Source: Octopus sinensis
Taxonomy: Eukaryota
DNA: 29,934 nucleotides
Direction: 5' to 3'
NCBI RefSeq assembly: GCF_006345805.1
Contig: NW_021829628.1
Span: 1-29,934, forward strand
The stretch's first letter is position 1. Every line of letters begins with the position of its first letter. The notes under the pieces were generated by a model, which was not told where the DNA came from, searched no databases, and was given only the letters and a program-made list of their open reading frames with translations. Positions 1 through 11,953 of this stretch are shown piece by piece. The position numbers were made by a program, and so were the translations under genes.

Positions 1-302
1 ACACATTAATACACATTTATACACACATATGTATAAATATATATAAATACTCATACACACACAGACACTATACATTCATTTGTGTCTATATATGTATGTA
101 TGCGTGTGTGTGTGTGTGTGTGTGTACGCATGTGTGTGCGAGTGCTTGTGCGCGCGCGCGTACGTGCAGGAGTATGTGTACACACAGCATAATATTTTGC
201 CGAATTTGTGTGAAACATAACTCTCGTAATATCTGAACTTTAACCAGGACTTAATAACCAGATATTAATTTAATGAACTCTATCCATCAGCATTGTTCTC
301 CC

Positions 303-333
<31 letters not shown>

Positions 334-726
334 AACAAATAACAGATATGATGGCTTAGTTTGATAAGCGTGGAGCCATTGTAATATCATTTGACGCCTC
401 TCTAAGCACATGATTTATTGTCATAATTGCTGGGGTTTCTAGTAATCATAACCGAATTGCAGAGGCTTTCTTTCTTCTCTCGTAAGCATTTGTCGGGGGT
501 GAACGAGGCATATGAATCGTCGTGGCTACATGCTAGGACAGTCAAGGTTTTTCGTTTTTTTAAACTCAACCAGGACAGGAAAGGGCCTCGGTTTACATAC
601 ACGCGCACACGGACACACGTACACACAGCGAATACATAACCATATCTAGCAATGCTTCTACCAAGAATACACTACCAGATCTGGCAGTGGTTCTGTTGGG
701 AATATACTACCAAATCTGGTAATATT

Positions 727-1327
727 TCTTATTTCTTTATTGCCCACAAAGAGCTAAACATAGAGGGGACAAACAAAGACAGACAAACGGATTAAGTCGA
801 TTATATCGACCCCAGTGCGTAACTGGTATTTATTTAATCGACCCCGAAAGGATGAAAGGCAAAGTCGACCTCGGCGGAATTTGAACTCAGAACGTAGCGG
901 CAGACGAAATACCTATTTCTTTACTACTCAACTCACAGGGGCTAAACACAGAGAGGACAAACAAGACAGACAAACGGAGATAAGTCGATTATATCGACCA
1001 CAGTGCGTAACTGGTATTTAGTTTATCGACCCCGAAAGGATGAAAGGCAAAGTCGACTCGGCGGAATTTGAACTCAGAACGTAACGCAGACGAAATACCT
1101 ATTTCTTACTACCCCAAGGGGCTAAACACAGAGAGTACACACAAGGACAGACAAACGGATTAAGTCGATTATATCGACCCAGTGCGTAACTGGTATTTAT
1201 TTAATCGACCCCGAAAGGATGAAAGACAAAGTCGACCTCGGCGGAATTTGAACTCAGAACGTAGCGGCAGACGAAATACTGCTAGGCATTTCGCCCGGCG
1301 TGCTAACGATCCTGCCAGCTCGCCGCC
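727..1327 (-). mobile_element. tRNA-derived SINE family B, one head plus three tandem ~185-bp body units
   Basis: On the - strand: head ggcggcgagctggcaggatcgttagcacgccgggcg, B-box gagttcaaattcc, central gactttgcctttcatcctttcggggtcgat domain (resembles the MetaSINE/Sauria-type central domain from memory, unverified). The body repeats three times. Confidence 0.85.
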
Positions 1328-1681
1328 CTAATCATGACTATATTATCAGATCTACCTATGTTTCTACTCATGCACGTACGCGCGCGTACACATGAGCACA
1401 ATCACACACACACAAGTCTGGCAATAGTTCTATCAAGAATATATTGCCAGATCTGGAAATGTTCCTCTTACGAATACATTACCAGATCAGGTTGTGTTGG
1501 TGCAGTTTGTGTAATGATAAATAGATAAGAGAAATGAAATGACGCAGATATGATACCACTCTAATAATCTAATAATGAGTAAAACACCACCTGACCCCCT
1601 TACTCTACAGCTTCTCTTCCAACAAGGAAATATATATACTGCAGTTCAACAGTATTAGAGTCCTCTATATTATCTAATAAA

Positions 1682-1880
1682 GGCAGCGTGCTAGCAGAAT
1701 CGTTAGCACTTCGGAAAAAATGCTTAGCGGCATTTCATCCGGCGCGTGACGTTTCGGAAATTCAAAAGCTGCCGAGGTCAGCTTTGCATTTCGTCCTTTT
1801 AAAGTCGATAAAATAAGGTACCAATTAAGTATTGGGGTCAATATAATCGATTTGTCCCCCTCCACCCAAAATTATTGGCC
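1682..1880 (+). mobile_element. SINE family B, diverged monomer with tail type B
   Basis: ggcagcgtgctagcagaatcgttagcac head, same central domain, then ccccctccacccaaaattattggcctt tail. Confidence 0.75.
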
Positions 1881-2007
1881 TTCAACCCTGCAACGGACCG
1901 ATGTCTAGTTCAAGGCAACATTGCAATCAGGGTTATTTTTTCACCATGGAAACCGGATAAACGACTTTATAAGTGCTAGGGTTCGAGGAACAAAGTATCA
2001 TTTAACC

Positions 2008-2271
2008 CAGCGGTCCTCAACTGGGTTCGATGTGGCCCTTTGAGTCCATATAAGATTTAATTGTTAAAATCCATCTACAATAAATTGTTTATACTTCTAA
2101 AACACATAAAACGAATTAACAATTTTTTTTTATTTACGTCCTAATAATATCTAATTACTGAAATATAACAGGGGTTTTAGACATTAAATGACTACAAGGG
2201 ACCCCCGATGCACCCCGACTAAAACAGGAATCAAAGAGATCCATAAGTAAAGAAATGGTTAAGAACCTCTG
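2008..2271. mobile_element. hAT (Charlie-like) MITE remnant
   Basis: Imperfect TIRs cagcggtcctcaact (2008) and ggttaagaacctctg (ending 2271) of the CAGnGGTTCTCAACC type. The 8-bp flanks atttaacc / atctgatc match at 5 of 8 positions. Confidence 0.5.
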
Positions 2272-2399
2272 ATCTGATCCCTAAACCTAACCTAGTTCCT
2301 CAGTTTTCTCTTCCGACGAGAAACCACAGATATCGCAATGCAACACTATTAAGGGCCACTTTATAATCTAACCCCTAATTTTTCTGTTTCTTCTTTCAG

Positions 2400-2489
2400 A
2401 AAGAAACCACAGATATATCAGTGCAGAATCCGAAAACCCAACAAGATGGAAACGGAAACAAATATATCACTTATGAGATTACTGTCAAT
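2400..2489 (+). CDS. SNX10/SNX11: Sorting nexin SNX10/SNX11-like, internal coding exon (start of PX domain)
   Basis: Polypyrimidine tract + CAG acceptor (2397-2399) and GTGAGT donor at 2490. The 90 nt, phase 0/0 exon reads KETTDISVQNPKTQQDGNGNKYITYEITVN, resembling the first PX beta-strands of SNX10/11 (V.VQ.P......Y..Y.I). Confidence 0.85.
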
Positions 2490-2539
2490 GTGAGTATGTA
2501 TATATGTATGTATATGCATATATATAATTATATATATAT

Positions 2540-2752
2540 GTTCTTTTCTACTCAAGGCACAAGACTCAAAATTTGGGGGAAGGAGGCCAGTCGGTTAGAT
2601 CGACCCGAGTACGCAACTGGTACTTAATTTATCGACCCTGAAAGAATGAAAGGTAAAGTCGACCTCAGCGAAATTTGAACTCAGAACGTAGAGACAGACG
2701 AAATATTGCTAAGAATTTCATCCGCCATGCTAACAACTCTGCAGCTCGCCAT
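2540..2752 (-). mobile_element. SINE family B monomer (tail B)
   Basis: Reverse complement of head, body and tail B; diverged. Confidence 0.75.
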
Positions 2753-2757
2753 CTTTC

Positions 2758-2826
2758 ATGTGTATATATATATATATATAATATAATCTATATATATTAT
2801 ATATATATATATATATAATATATATA

Positions 2827-2885
<59 letters not shown>

Positions 2886-2904
2886 ATATATATATTATAT
2901 ATAT

Positions 2905-2955
<51 letters not shown>

Positions 2956-3707
2956 ATATATATATATATATGTCATATATATATATATATTCATTATATA
3001 ATATATATGTCATATATATATATATATATATATATATGTCATATATATATATATATATATGTCATATATCTATATATAATATATATTCATATAATATATA
3101 TATATATATATATATGTCATATATATATATATATATATCTCATTATATATATATATATATATATGTCATATATTATATATATAGGTCATATATATATATA
3201 TATATATGTCATTAGAATATATATATAATATATGTCATATATATATATATGTCATATATATATATATGACATATATATATATATATATATTATATATATT
3301 ATATATATATATATATATGTCATATATATATATATATGTCATATATATATATATATATGTCATATATATATATATATATATGTCATATAATATATAATAT
3401 ATATATATATGTCATATATATATATATATATATATATCTGTCAATATATATATATATATATCTCATATATATATATATATATATATATGTCATATATATA
3501 TATATATATATGTCATATATATATATATATATGTCATATATATATATATATATATATATGTCATATATATATAGATATGTCATATATTATATATATGACA
3601 TATATATATTATATATATACCACACACATATATATTATATATATATTATATATATATATCTACAGTGTGTGTGTGTGTATGTATATTATATATATATATT
3701 ATATATA
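2758..3707. repeat. (TA)n microsatellite with periodic TGTCA interruptions
   Basis: About 950 bp of TA runs, with tatatgtcatata recurring roughly every 20-25 nt in 2950-3600. Confidence 0.95.
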
Positions 3708-4096
3708 GGCGCAGGAGTGGCTGTGTGGTACTAGCTGCTAACCATCCACATGGTTCCGGGTTCAGCCCACTGCGTGGCATCTTGGGCAAGTGTCTTCTGC
3801 TATAGCCCCGGGCCGACTAATGCCTTGTGAGTGGATTTGGTAGACGGAAACTGAAAGAAGCTGTCGTATATATGTATGTATGTGTTGTATTTGTGTGTCT
3901 GTGTTTGTTACCCCTAGCATTGCTTGACAACGATGCTGTGTGTTTACGTCCCCGTAACCTAGCGGTTCGGCAAAAGAGACCGACAATAAGTACTGGGCTT
4001 ACAAAGAATAAGTCCCGAGGTCGATTGCTCGACTAAAGGCGGTGCTCCAGCATGGCCGCAGTCAAATGACTGAAACATGTAAAAAAGTAAAAAGAA
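3708..4096 (+). mobile_element. tRNA-derived SINE family A (CORE-like)
   Basis: ggcgcaggagtggctgtgtgg head, ggttcag B-box region, CORE-like cttgggcaagtgtctt, internal microsatellite, 3' ggtgctccagcatggccgcagtcaaatgactgaaaca tail. At least 8 copies or fragments in the window. Confidence 0.88.
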
Positions 4097-4490
4097 TATA
4101 TATATCTATATATTATATATTATATATTATATATATATATATATATGTATGTATATTATATATATATTGGTGCTGATGTGTGTGTGTTGTGTATGTATGT
4201 GTATGCGTGTATTTGCATGTTGTGCACGTGTGTGTGTGTGTAGCATGTGTATTTGTGTGTGTGTGGTATGTCTGTATTTGCGTATATGCAAGCGCGTGTT
4301 CGTATGTATAAGGTGTCTGTAATGTGATGTGCAAATGACGTGAGTGTGCGTGTGTGTGTGCAGTATATACGTGCGAATGAATGTGTGTTTATGAAGTGTG
4401 TACAATGAGTATGTGATGCGCGTGCGTGTATATGTGTGTGTCTGTGTGTGCGGCTCTGTGTATGTGTGCATGTAGTGCATATTATGTGCA
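4097..4490. repeat. Compound (TA)/(TG) microsatellite
   Basis: Low-complexity TA then TG/TGTA runs. Confidence 0.9.
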
Positions 4491-4714
4491 GTAGAAATGC
4501 AGCGGGTCTAACGAAGCTCGTCTTAAATAAATCACAGTTACCTCCCTTACATTATTCATAAACAGGCCAAAATCAACTTTCACACAAGCAAGGGAAAATA
4601 TTTCTGTGTAATTAGACCTGCTAGAAATAGCAGCTAGATCTTATCCTCGTGTCTTAGGGAGATAAAAAAGAAAAAGAGAGAGAGAGATAACGATTCTTCC
4701 CGTGTCATATTGAC

Positions 4715-4945
4715 TCATAACGGCCGGTTTCCCGGTTTCCGTAGCGTATAAATTTGCCCCTGGGGAGCACCGTCTGATATGCAGCACCGTCTGATAAAGG
4801 AATGATCATTTTTGCCAGGTGTGTGGACGAGCAACGTGAAATGGAGTGTCTTGCTCAAGAACACAACGTGATGCCCGGTCCGGAGATCGAAACCACAATC
4901 TTATGATCATGAGTCCAATACCGTAAACACTAAGCCACGCGCCTC
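4715..4945 (-). mobile_element. tRNA-derived CORE-like SINE (family C)
   Basis: - strand reads gaggcgcgtggcttagtg...gtttcgatctcc...ttcttgagcaagacact (A-box, B-box, CORE-like motif). Confidence 0.7.
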
Positions 4946-4990
4946 TCCCTTGGGGAAATAAGGACATTAGATATTTTTGTCCCAGGTAAG

Positions 4991-5390
4991 GGCGCCGAAC
5001 TGGCTGAAACGTTAGCACGCCCGGCGAAATGCTTAGCGGTATTTCGTCTGCCGTTACGTTCTGAGTTCAAATTCCGCCGAGGTCGACTTTGCCTTTCATC
5101 CTTTCGGAGTCGATTAAATAAGTACCAGTTACGCACTGGGGTCGATGTAATCGACTTAATCCGTTTGTCTGTTCTTGTTTGTCCCCTCTGTCTTTAGCCC
5201 CTTGTGGGTAGTAAAGAAATAGGCATTTCACTCGTTGCTACGTTCCGAGTTCAAATTGCGCCGAGGTTGACTTTGCTTTTTATCCTTTCGGGGTCGATAA
5301 ATTAAATACCAGTGGAATACTGGGGTCGATGTAATCGACTTAGGCCCTCCCCCAAAATTGCTTCCTTTGTGACAAAATTGAAACTATTAT
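4991..5390 (+). mobile_element. SINE family B dimer: head-body-tailA-body-tailB
   Basis: One head, then a body ending ...gtagtaaagaaatagg, then a second headless body ending ccctcccccaaaatt. Confidence 0.8.
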
Positions 5391-5399
5391 TATAAATGC

Positions 5400-5620
5400 A
5401 GCATGCTGGCAGAAACGTTAGCACGCCGGGCGAAATGTTTAGCGGTATTTCATTTGCCCCTACGTTCTGAGTTCAAATTCCGCCGAGGTTGACTTTGCCT
5501 TTCATCCTTTCGGGGTCGATTAAATAAGTACCAGTTACGCACTGGGGTCGATATAATCGATTTAATCCCCCCCCCCCCACGCAGCTATTCTTGTGGCAAA
5601 AATTTGAACTCATTATTGTC
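5400..5620 (+). mobile_element. SINE family B monomer
   Basis: Head gctggcagaaacgttagcacgccgggcg plus body, diverged tail. Confidence 0.75.
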
Positions 5621-5662
5621 CTAGGTACACTATGCCTAAATTAGAGCTGGGGTGGTCATGGG

Positions 5663-6175
5663 TCTTTTATCTGCTATTTGTTACAGTCATTAGACTACGG
5701 CCATGCTGGGGCACCACCTTGAGGAATATTAGTCGAACAAATCGATCCCAGAACTAATTCCGCCCCCCCCCCCCACCGCCCACCGCCTCGTACTTATTCT
5801 ATCGGTTTCTTTTTCCGAACTGCTATTTTACGGGGAGGTAAACACACCAACACCGGTTGTCCAGCAGTGGGTGGCGATGAAGGACAAACACAGACACGAA
5901 GACTCACACACACGCACACGTGCACACACATACACAAACAGATACACAGAAACACACGCACGCAGAAACACATACACACTCACAAATACACGCACACACA
6001 AACACACGCACACACACACACACACGCACACACGCACATGCACACACACACACACGTGCACACACACACACATATTTCTGTCTTCCAAATCCACAGGCAC
6101 TCACAAGACTTTGGCTGTCCCAACACTTGCCCAAGATGCCACGCAGTGAGATTGAACCCGGAATCGCGACAGCCA
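5663..6175 (-). mobile_element. SINE family A, diverged, with internal (CA)n expansion
   Basis: Reverse complement of the family A 3' tail, middle and CORE-like segment. Confidence 0.7.
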
Positions 6176-6352
6176 TGGCTACGTGTTTAAGAAGCTCGTT
6201 TAATTACCATGTGATTTCAGCTTCAGCGCCACCGTGCGGCGGCACCTTGGCCAAATGTTCTCTGTTATAGCGCCTGGGCAGCCAATGTGAGTGAATTCGG
6301 GAGACGGAAACTGTGTGGAAGCTCGTATTGTGTGTATGTATATATGTATATA

Positions 6353-6523
6353 GGCGTAGGAGTGGCTGTGTGGTAAGTAGTTCGCTTACCAACCACATGG
6401 TTCCGGGTTCTGTCCCACTGCGTGGCACCTTGGGAAAGTGTCTTTTGCTATAGCCTCGGGCCGAATAAAGCCTTGTGAGTGTATTTGGTAGACGGAAACT
6501 GAAAGAAGTCCGTCGTATCTATC

Positions 6524-6560
<37 letters not shown>

Positions 6561-6774
6561 ATGTTTGTGCGACTGTGTTTGTCTTCCCAACATCGCTTGA
6601 CAATCGATGCTGGTGTGTTTGCGTCCCCGTAACTTAGCGGTTCGGCAAAAGAGACCGATAGAATACGTACTAGGCTTACAAAGAATAAGTCCTGGGGTCG
6701 ATTTGCTCGACTAAAGGCGGTGCTCCAGCATGGCCACAGTCAAATGAGTGAAACAAGTAAAAGAGTAAAAGAGT
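6353..6774 (+). mobile_element. SINE family A full length
   Basis: Head to tail; ends in (aaagagt)n. Confidence 0.88.
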
Positions 6775-7156
6775 AATATATATGTTTGTACTATGTGTGT
6801 TCGAGTGTGTATATATATGTGTGTGTGTGTGTGTGTATACATGTGTATGTATGTATGTTGTTGTGAATATACATACATGTGTATGTATGTATTTATGTAT
6901 GTATGTATGTATGTATGTATGTATGTATGTATGTATACATGCACACAATGTGTGTGAGTCTTTGTGTCTGTGCTTATAACCCCACCACCACCACTACCAT
7001 TTGACTACCGGTGTTGTTTTGTTTACGTCCCAGTAGATTAGCAGCTTGGCAAAAAATAAGAACTGGGGTCGATGTGATCGGCCTGTCCTCTTTCCCCCCA
7101 AATTTGAGGCCTTGCGCCTCCAGTAAAAAGGATTATTATTATTATCACTATTGAAA

Positions 7157-7290
7157 GGCGGTGAGCAGGCAGAATCGTTAGTTTGCCGGACAAAATATTT
7201 AGCAGAATTTCTTCCGGTTTTATGCTCCGAGTTCAAATTCCCACTGGGGTCGACTTAGCCCTTCATACTGTCAGAGTCGATAAAACAATT
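7157..7290 (+). mobile_element. SINE family B, diverged
   Basis: ggcggtgagcaggcagaatcgttag head and gagttcaaattcc box. Confidence 0.65.
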
Positions 7291-7312
7291 ACCAGTCAAT
7301 TACTGGGGCCAA

Positions 7313-7471
7313 TGAAATTTACTGGAGTCGATGAAATTTATTGGAGTCGATGAAATTTAATGAAGTCGATGAAATTTACTGGAGTCGATGAAATTTAATG
7401 GGGTCATTGAAATTTACTGGGGTCGATAAAATTTACTGGAGTCGATGAAATTTAATGGGGTCATTGAAATT
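7313..7471. repeat. 19-bp minisatellite (gaaatttactggagtcgat), about 8-9 copies
   Basis: Direct tandem copies continuing from the SINE-B body. Confidence 0.85.
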
Positions 7472-7537
7472 TCAGATCTTATCAGTAGAAGAAATGATTA
7501 TTTATTTATTTATTCATTTATTTATTTATTTTAACAG

Positions 7538-7638
7538 ACTACAGATCTGTCCTATTCTTTATCGAAAAGCCGGGCACGCAGGCGGTACAGTGAGTTTGAA
7601 TGGTTACGTAAACAGCTCGAGATAAACCACCCAGATAT
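7538..7638 (+). CDS. SNX10/SNX11: SNX10/11-like coding exon (PX core RRRYSEF motif)
   Basis: ttaacag acceptor and GTAAGT donor at 7639. The 101 nt, phase 0/2 exon reads TTDLSYSLSKSRARRRYSEFEWLRKQLEINHPD, containing the PX hallmark RRRYSEFxWLRxxL. Confidence 0.93.
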
Positions 7639-7959
7639 GTAAGTTCCTGAAACCATTTTTACATCTATATAATAATCTGCTTGTTCGTTCGCCCGTTATA
7701 CCGTAGTTAGTTAAAGGGGTGGAGGCGGAGAGAGTGAGAGGTGAAGTAAAAGGGAGAAATGTGAGTAGAGAAGAAAGAAGGGAGGAGTATAATAATACAC
7801 TGAGGCCAAATGCATCACGTGGTTAGTTGAAGAGAGAGGAGCAGAGCGAGAGAAAAAGATGGTGAGAGAAAAGTGGGAGAGAGAAGTGCTGATGACGTGC
7901 TGTAGGGTAGGACGGGGTAGATGAAGAGAAAGAGAGAAAAGTTAAGGACATGAAGTGAC

Positions 7960-8047
7960 AGCGTCGCAACATGTGGTAGCTTCGCAACATGTGGTAGCGT
8001 CGCCACATGTGGTAGCGTCGCAACGTGTGGCAGCGTCGCAACATGGG
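7960..8047. repeat. 18-bp minisatellite (agcgtcgcaacatgtggt), about 4.8 copies
   Basis: Units start at 7960, 7978, 7996, 8014 and 8032. This explains the PHVATL repeats in the ORF track. Confidence 0.9.
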
Positions 8048-8390
8048 TCAACACCGGTTCTGACGTGTCCACACAGCGACGGCATAAAATTTAATTGCTG
8101 CTATGGGAAATGATTGCTCTGCTTTATGAGTTTTCGCTTTACGAACGCTCTCTGGGAACAAATTAACTCGTATATCGAGACATTACTGCATTTCCGGAGA
8201 TCTAGATCCTTCTTGAACACCACATCCAATCCTTTAACCGTCCACGAACACATTCCTTAAATGATTGTGTTCTTCTCGTCCTCGCGATGTGTGAAGAATC
8301 TGTTCCTCGCCGGGGAAACTCCAGCAGAACCAAACAAAGAATCTGCTCCGACGAACAATAACGTTCCAGTTTTTCTTGTTTCTTAGAATC

Positions 8391-8426
<36 letters not shown>

Positions 8427-8500
8427 AACATACATACACACACACATAAACATACATACACACACAGACAAAATATGTGTCTATGTAACCACTGTATTAA

Positions 8501-11109
8501 CCTATTTCTTTACCACGCACAAGGGACCAAACACAGAGAGGACAAACAAGAACAGACAAACGGATTAAGTCGATTATATCGACTCCAGTGCGTAACTGGT
8601 ACTTAATCTATCGACCCCGAAAGGATGAAAAGCAAAGTCGACCTCGACGGAATTTGAGCTCAGAACATAACGGCAGACGAAATACCTGTTTCTTTACCAC
8701 CCACAAGGGGCTAAACACAGAGAGGACAAACAAGAACAGACAAACGGATTAAGTCGATTATATCGATCCCAGTACATAACTGGTACTTAATCTATCGACC
8801 CCGAAAGGATGAAAAGCAAAGTCGACCTCGACGGAATTTGAGCTCAGAACATAACGGCAGACGAAATACCTGTTTCTTTACCACCCACAAGGGGCTAAAC
8901 ACAGAGAGGACAAACAAGAACAGACAAACGGATTAAGTCGATTATATCGACTCCAGTGCGTAACTGGTACTTAATCTATCGACCCCGAAAGGATGAAAAG
9001 CAAAGTCGACCTCGACGGAATTTGAGCTCAGAACATAACGGCAGACGAAATACCTGTTTCTTTACCACCCACAAGGGGCTAAACACAGAGAGGACAAACA
9101 AGGACATACAAACGGATTAAGTCGATTACATCGACTCCAGTGCGTAACTGGTACTTAATTTATCGACCCCGAAAGGATGAAAAGCAAAGTCGACCTCGAC
9201 GGAATTTGAGCTCAGAACATAACGGCAGACGAAATACCTGTTTCTTCCACCACCCACAGGGGCTAAACACAGAGAGGACAAACAAGAACAGACAAACGGA
9301 TTAAGTCGATTATATCGATCCCAGTACGTAACTGGTACTTAATTTATCGACCCCGAAAGGATGAAAAGCAAAGTCGACCTCGACGGAATTTGAGCTCAGA
9401 ACATAACGGCAGACGAAATACCTGTTTCTTTACCACCCACAAGGGGCTAAACACAGAGAGGACAAACAAGAACAGACAAACGGATTAAGTCGATTATATC
9501 GATCCCAGTACGTAACTGGTACTTAATTTATCGACCCCGAAAGGATGAAAAGCAAAGTCGACCTCGACGGAATTTGAGCTCAGAACATAACGGCAGACGA
9601 AATACCTGTTTCTTTACCACCCACAAGGGCTAAACACAGAGAGGACAAACAAGAACAGACAAACGGATTAAGTCGATTATATCGATCCCAGTACGTAACT
9701 GGTACTTAATTTATCGACCCCGAAAGGATGAAAAGCAAAGTCGACCTCGACGGAATTGAGCTCAGAACATAACGCAGACGAAATACCTGTTCTTTACCAC
9801 CCACAAGGGGCTAAACACAGAGAGGACAAACAAGAACAGACAACGGATTAAGTCGATTATATCGATCCCAGTACGTAACTGGTACTTAATTATCGACCCC
9901 GAAAGGATGAAAAGCAAAGTCGACCTCGACGGAATTTGAGCTCAGCACATAACGGCAGACGAAATACCTGTTTCTTTACCACCCACAAGGGGCTAAACAC
10001 AGAGAGGACAAACAAGAACAGACAAACGGATTAAGTCGATATATCGACTCCAGTGCGTAACTGGTACTTAATCTATCGACCCCGAAGGATGAAAAGCAAA
10101 GTCGACCTCGACGGAATTTGAGCTCAGAACATAACGGCAGACGAAATACCTGTTTCTTTACCACCCACAAGGGCTAAACACAGAGAGGACAAACAGAACA
10201 GACAAACGGATTAAGTCGATTATATCGATCCCAGTACGTAACTGGTACTTAATCTATCGACCCCGAAAGGATGAAAAGCAAAGTCGACCTCGACGGAATT
10301 TGAGCTCAGAACATAACGGCAGACGAATACCTGTTTCTTTACCACCCACAAGGGGCTAAACACAGAGAGGACAAACAAGAACAGACAAACGGATTAAGTC
10401 GATTATATCGACTCCAGTGCGTAACTGGTACTTAATCTATCGACCCCGAAGGATGAAAAGCAAAGTCGACCTCGACGGAATTTGAGCTCAGACATAACGG
10501 CAGACGAAATACCTGTTTCTTTACCACCCACAGGGGCTAAACACAGAGAGGACAAACAAGGACATACAAACGGATTAAGTCGATTACATCGACTCCAGTG
10601 CGTAACTGTACTTAATCTATCGACCCCGAAAGATGAAAAGCAAAGTCGACCTCGACGGAATTTGAGCTCAGAACATAACGGCAGACGAAATACCTGTTTC
10701 TTTACCACCCACAAGGGGCTAAACACAGAGAGGACAAACAAGAACAGACAAACGGATTAAGTCGATTATATCGACTCCAGTGCGTAACTGGTACTTAATT
10801 TATCGACCCCGAAAGGATGAAAAGCAAAGTCGACCTCGACGGAATTTGAGCTCAGAACATAACGGCAGACGAAATACCTGTTTCTTTACCACCCACAAGG
10901 GGCTAAACACAGAGAGGACAAACAAGAACAGACAAACGGATTAAGTCGATTATATCGATCCCAGTACGTAACTGGTACTTGATTTATCGACCCCGAAAGG
11001 ATGAAAGGCAAAGTCGACCTCGGCGGAATTTGAACTCAGAACGTAACGGCAGACGAAATACCGCAAAGAATTCCGCCCGGCGTGCTAACGATTCTGCCAG
11101 CTCGCCGCC
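8501..11109 (-). repeat. SINE-B-derived tandem array: 14 x ~184-bp body units attached to one tRNA-like head
   Basis: Unit starts at 8501, 8685, 8869, 9053, 9237, 9421, 9605, 9786, 9967, 10149, 10330, 10512, 10693 and 10877; head at 11061-11109. Confidence 0.95.
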
Positions 11110-11361
11110 TTAAACCACTGTTAACCATTAAACAAAATAAGCACGTGCTAAGGGGCATCGACTGAACGGGGTGGGTGGGAGGTCACCAGAGAAATGGTAA
11201 ATGGTTGACGGCACAAAAGAAATCACTTTAAACTTGCTAAAATAATATTCAAAAAGGTTTCTATGATTGGAAATATAATTTCGAAATGTTCGTGGTGTGA
11301 GGATGAAGATCTGATCGAAGACTTTGCCATTAAAAAAAAAAATAGGGAAAAAAATCTACGC

Positions 11362-11575
11362 TTACTCTTTTACTTGTTTCAGTCATTTGACTGCGGCCAT
11401 GCTGGAGCACCGCCTTTAGTCGAGCAAATCGACCCCGGGACTTATTCTTTGTAAGCCCAGTACTTATTCTATCGGTCTTTTTTGCCGAACCGCTAAGTGA
11501 CGAGAACGTAAACACACCAGCATCGGTTGTCAAGCAATGCTAGAGGGACAAACACAGACACACAAACATATACAT

Positions 11576-11609
<34 letters not shown>

Positions 11610-11799
11610 TATGTATATATATATATATATATATATATAAATATATACGACAGGCTTCTTTCAGTTTCCGTCTACCAAATCCACTCACAAGGCATTGGTC
11701 GGCCCGAGGCTATAGCAGAAGACACTTGCCCAAGATGCCACGCAGTGGGACTGAACCCGGAACCATGTGGTTGGTTAGCAAGCTACTTACCACACAGCC
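11362..11799 (-). mobile_element. SINE family A
   Basis: Reverse complement of a nearly full-length family A copy. Confidence 0.88.
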
Positions 11800-11953
11800 T
11801 AAAATATGATAAGTATCAGTGCTTAGCAGATTTGTAGAAATAAGGTCGGGCATTCTAATTACCTTCATGTACCTTCAAAACAGGTACGTTTCGAGTGTGT
11901 TAGTGTGGATATTAATATCTTGTCATTTACGACACTTATGTCTTGTATATATA

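Noticed and set aside
340-560. Start exon of the sorting nexin (donor-like ctc|gtaagc near 482)
   Set aside because: No in-frame ATG exon in phase 0 could be supported; the start exon may lie upstream of the window.
2970-3734. Long Y/I-rich ORFs (also 16107-16732, 25518-26034 and the H/T or C/V-rich ORFs)
   Set aside because: Translations of (TA)n, (CA)n and (TATG)n microsatellites; no coding signal.
8501-11060. Ribozyme inside the 184-bp unit
   Set aside because: Hairpins are present (gtcgat/atcgac, ccagt/actgg), but I found no CUGANGA...GAAA hammerhead core or recognisable HDV-like fold on either strand.
8501-11060. Array-specific substitutions as fixed ADAR A-to-I edits
   Set aside because: Changes are mixed (G>A including CpG sites, A>G, T>C) with no strand-consistent A>G bias.
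8501-11109. CRISPR-like or protein-repeat interpretation of the 184-bp array (ORFs 9976-10760)
   Set aside because: Units are contiguous with no unique spacers, match the dispersed SINE-B body, and the sequence is eukaryotic.
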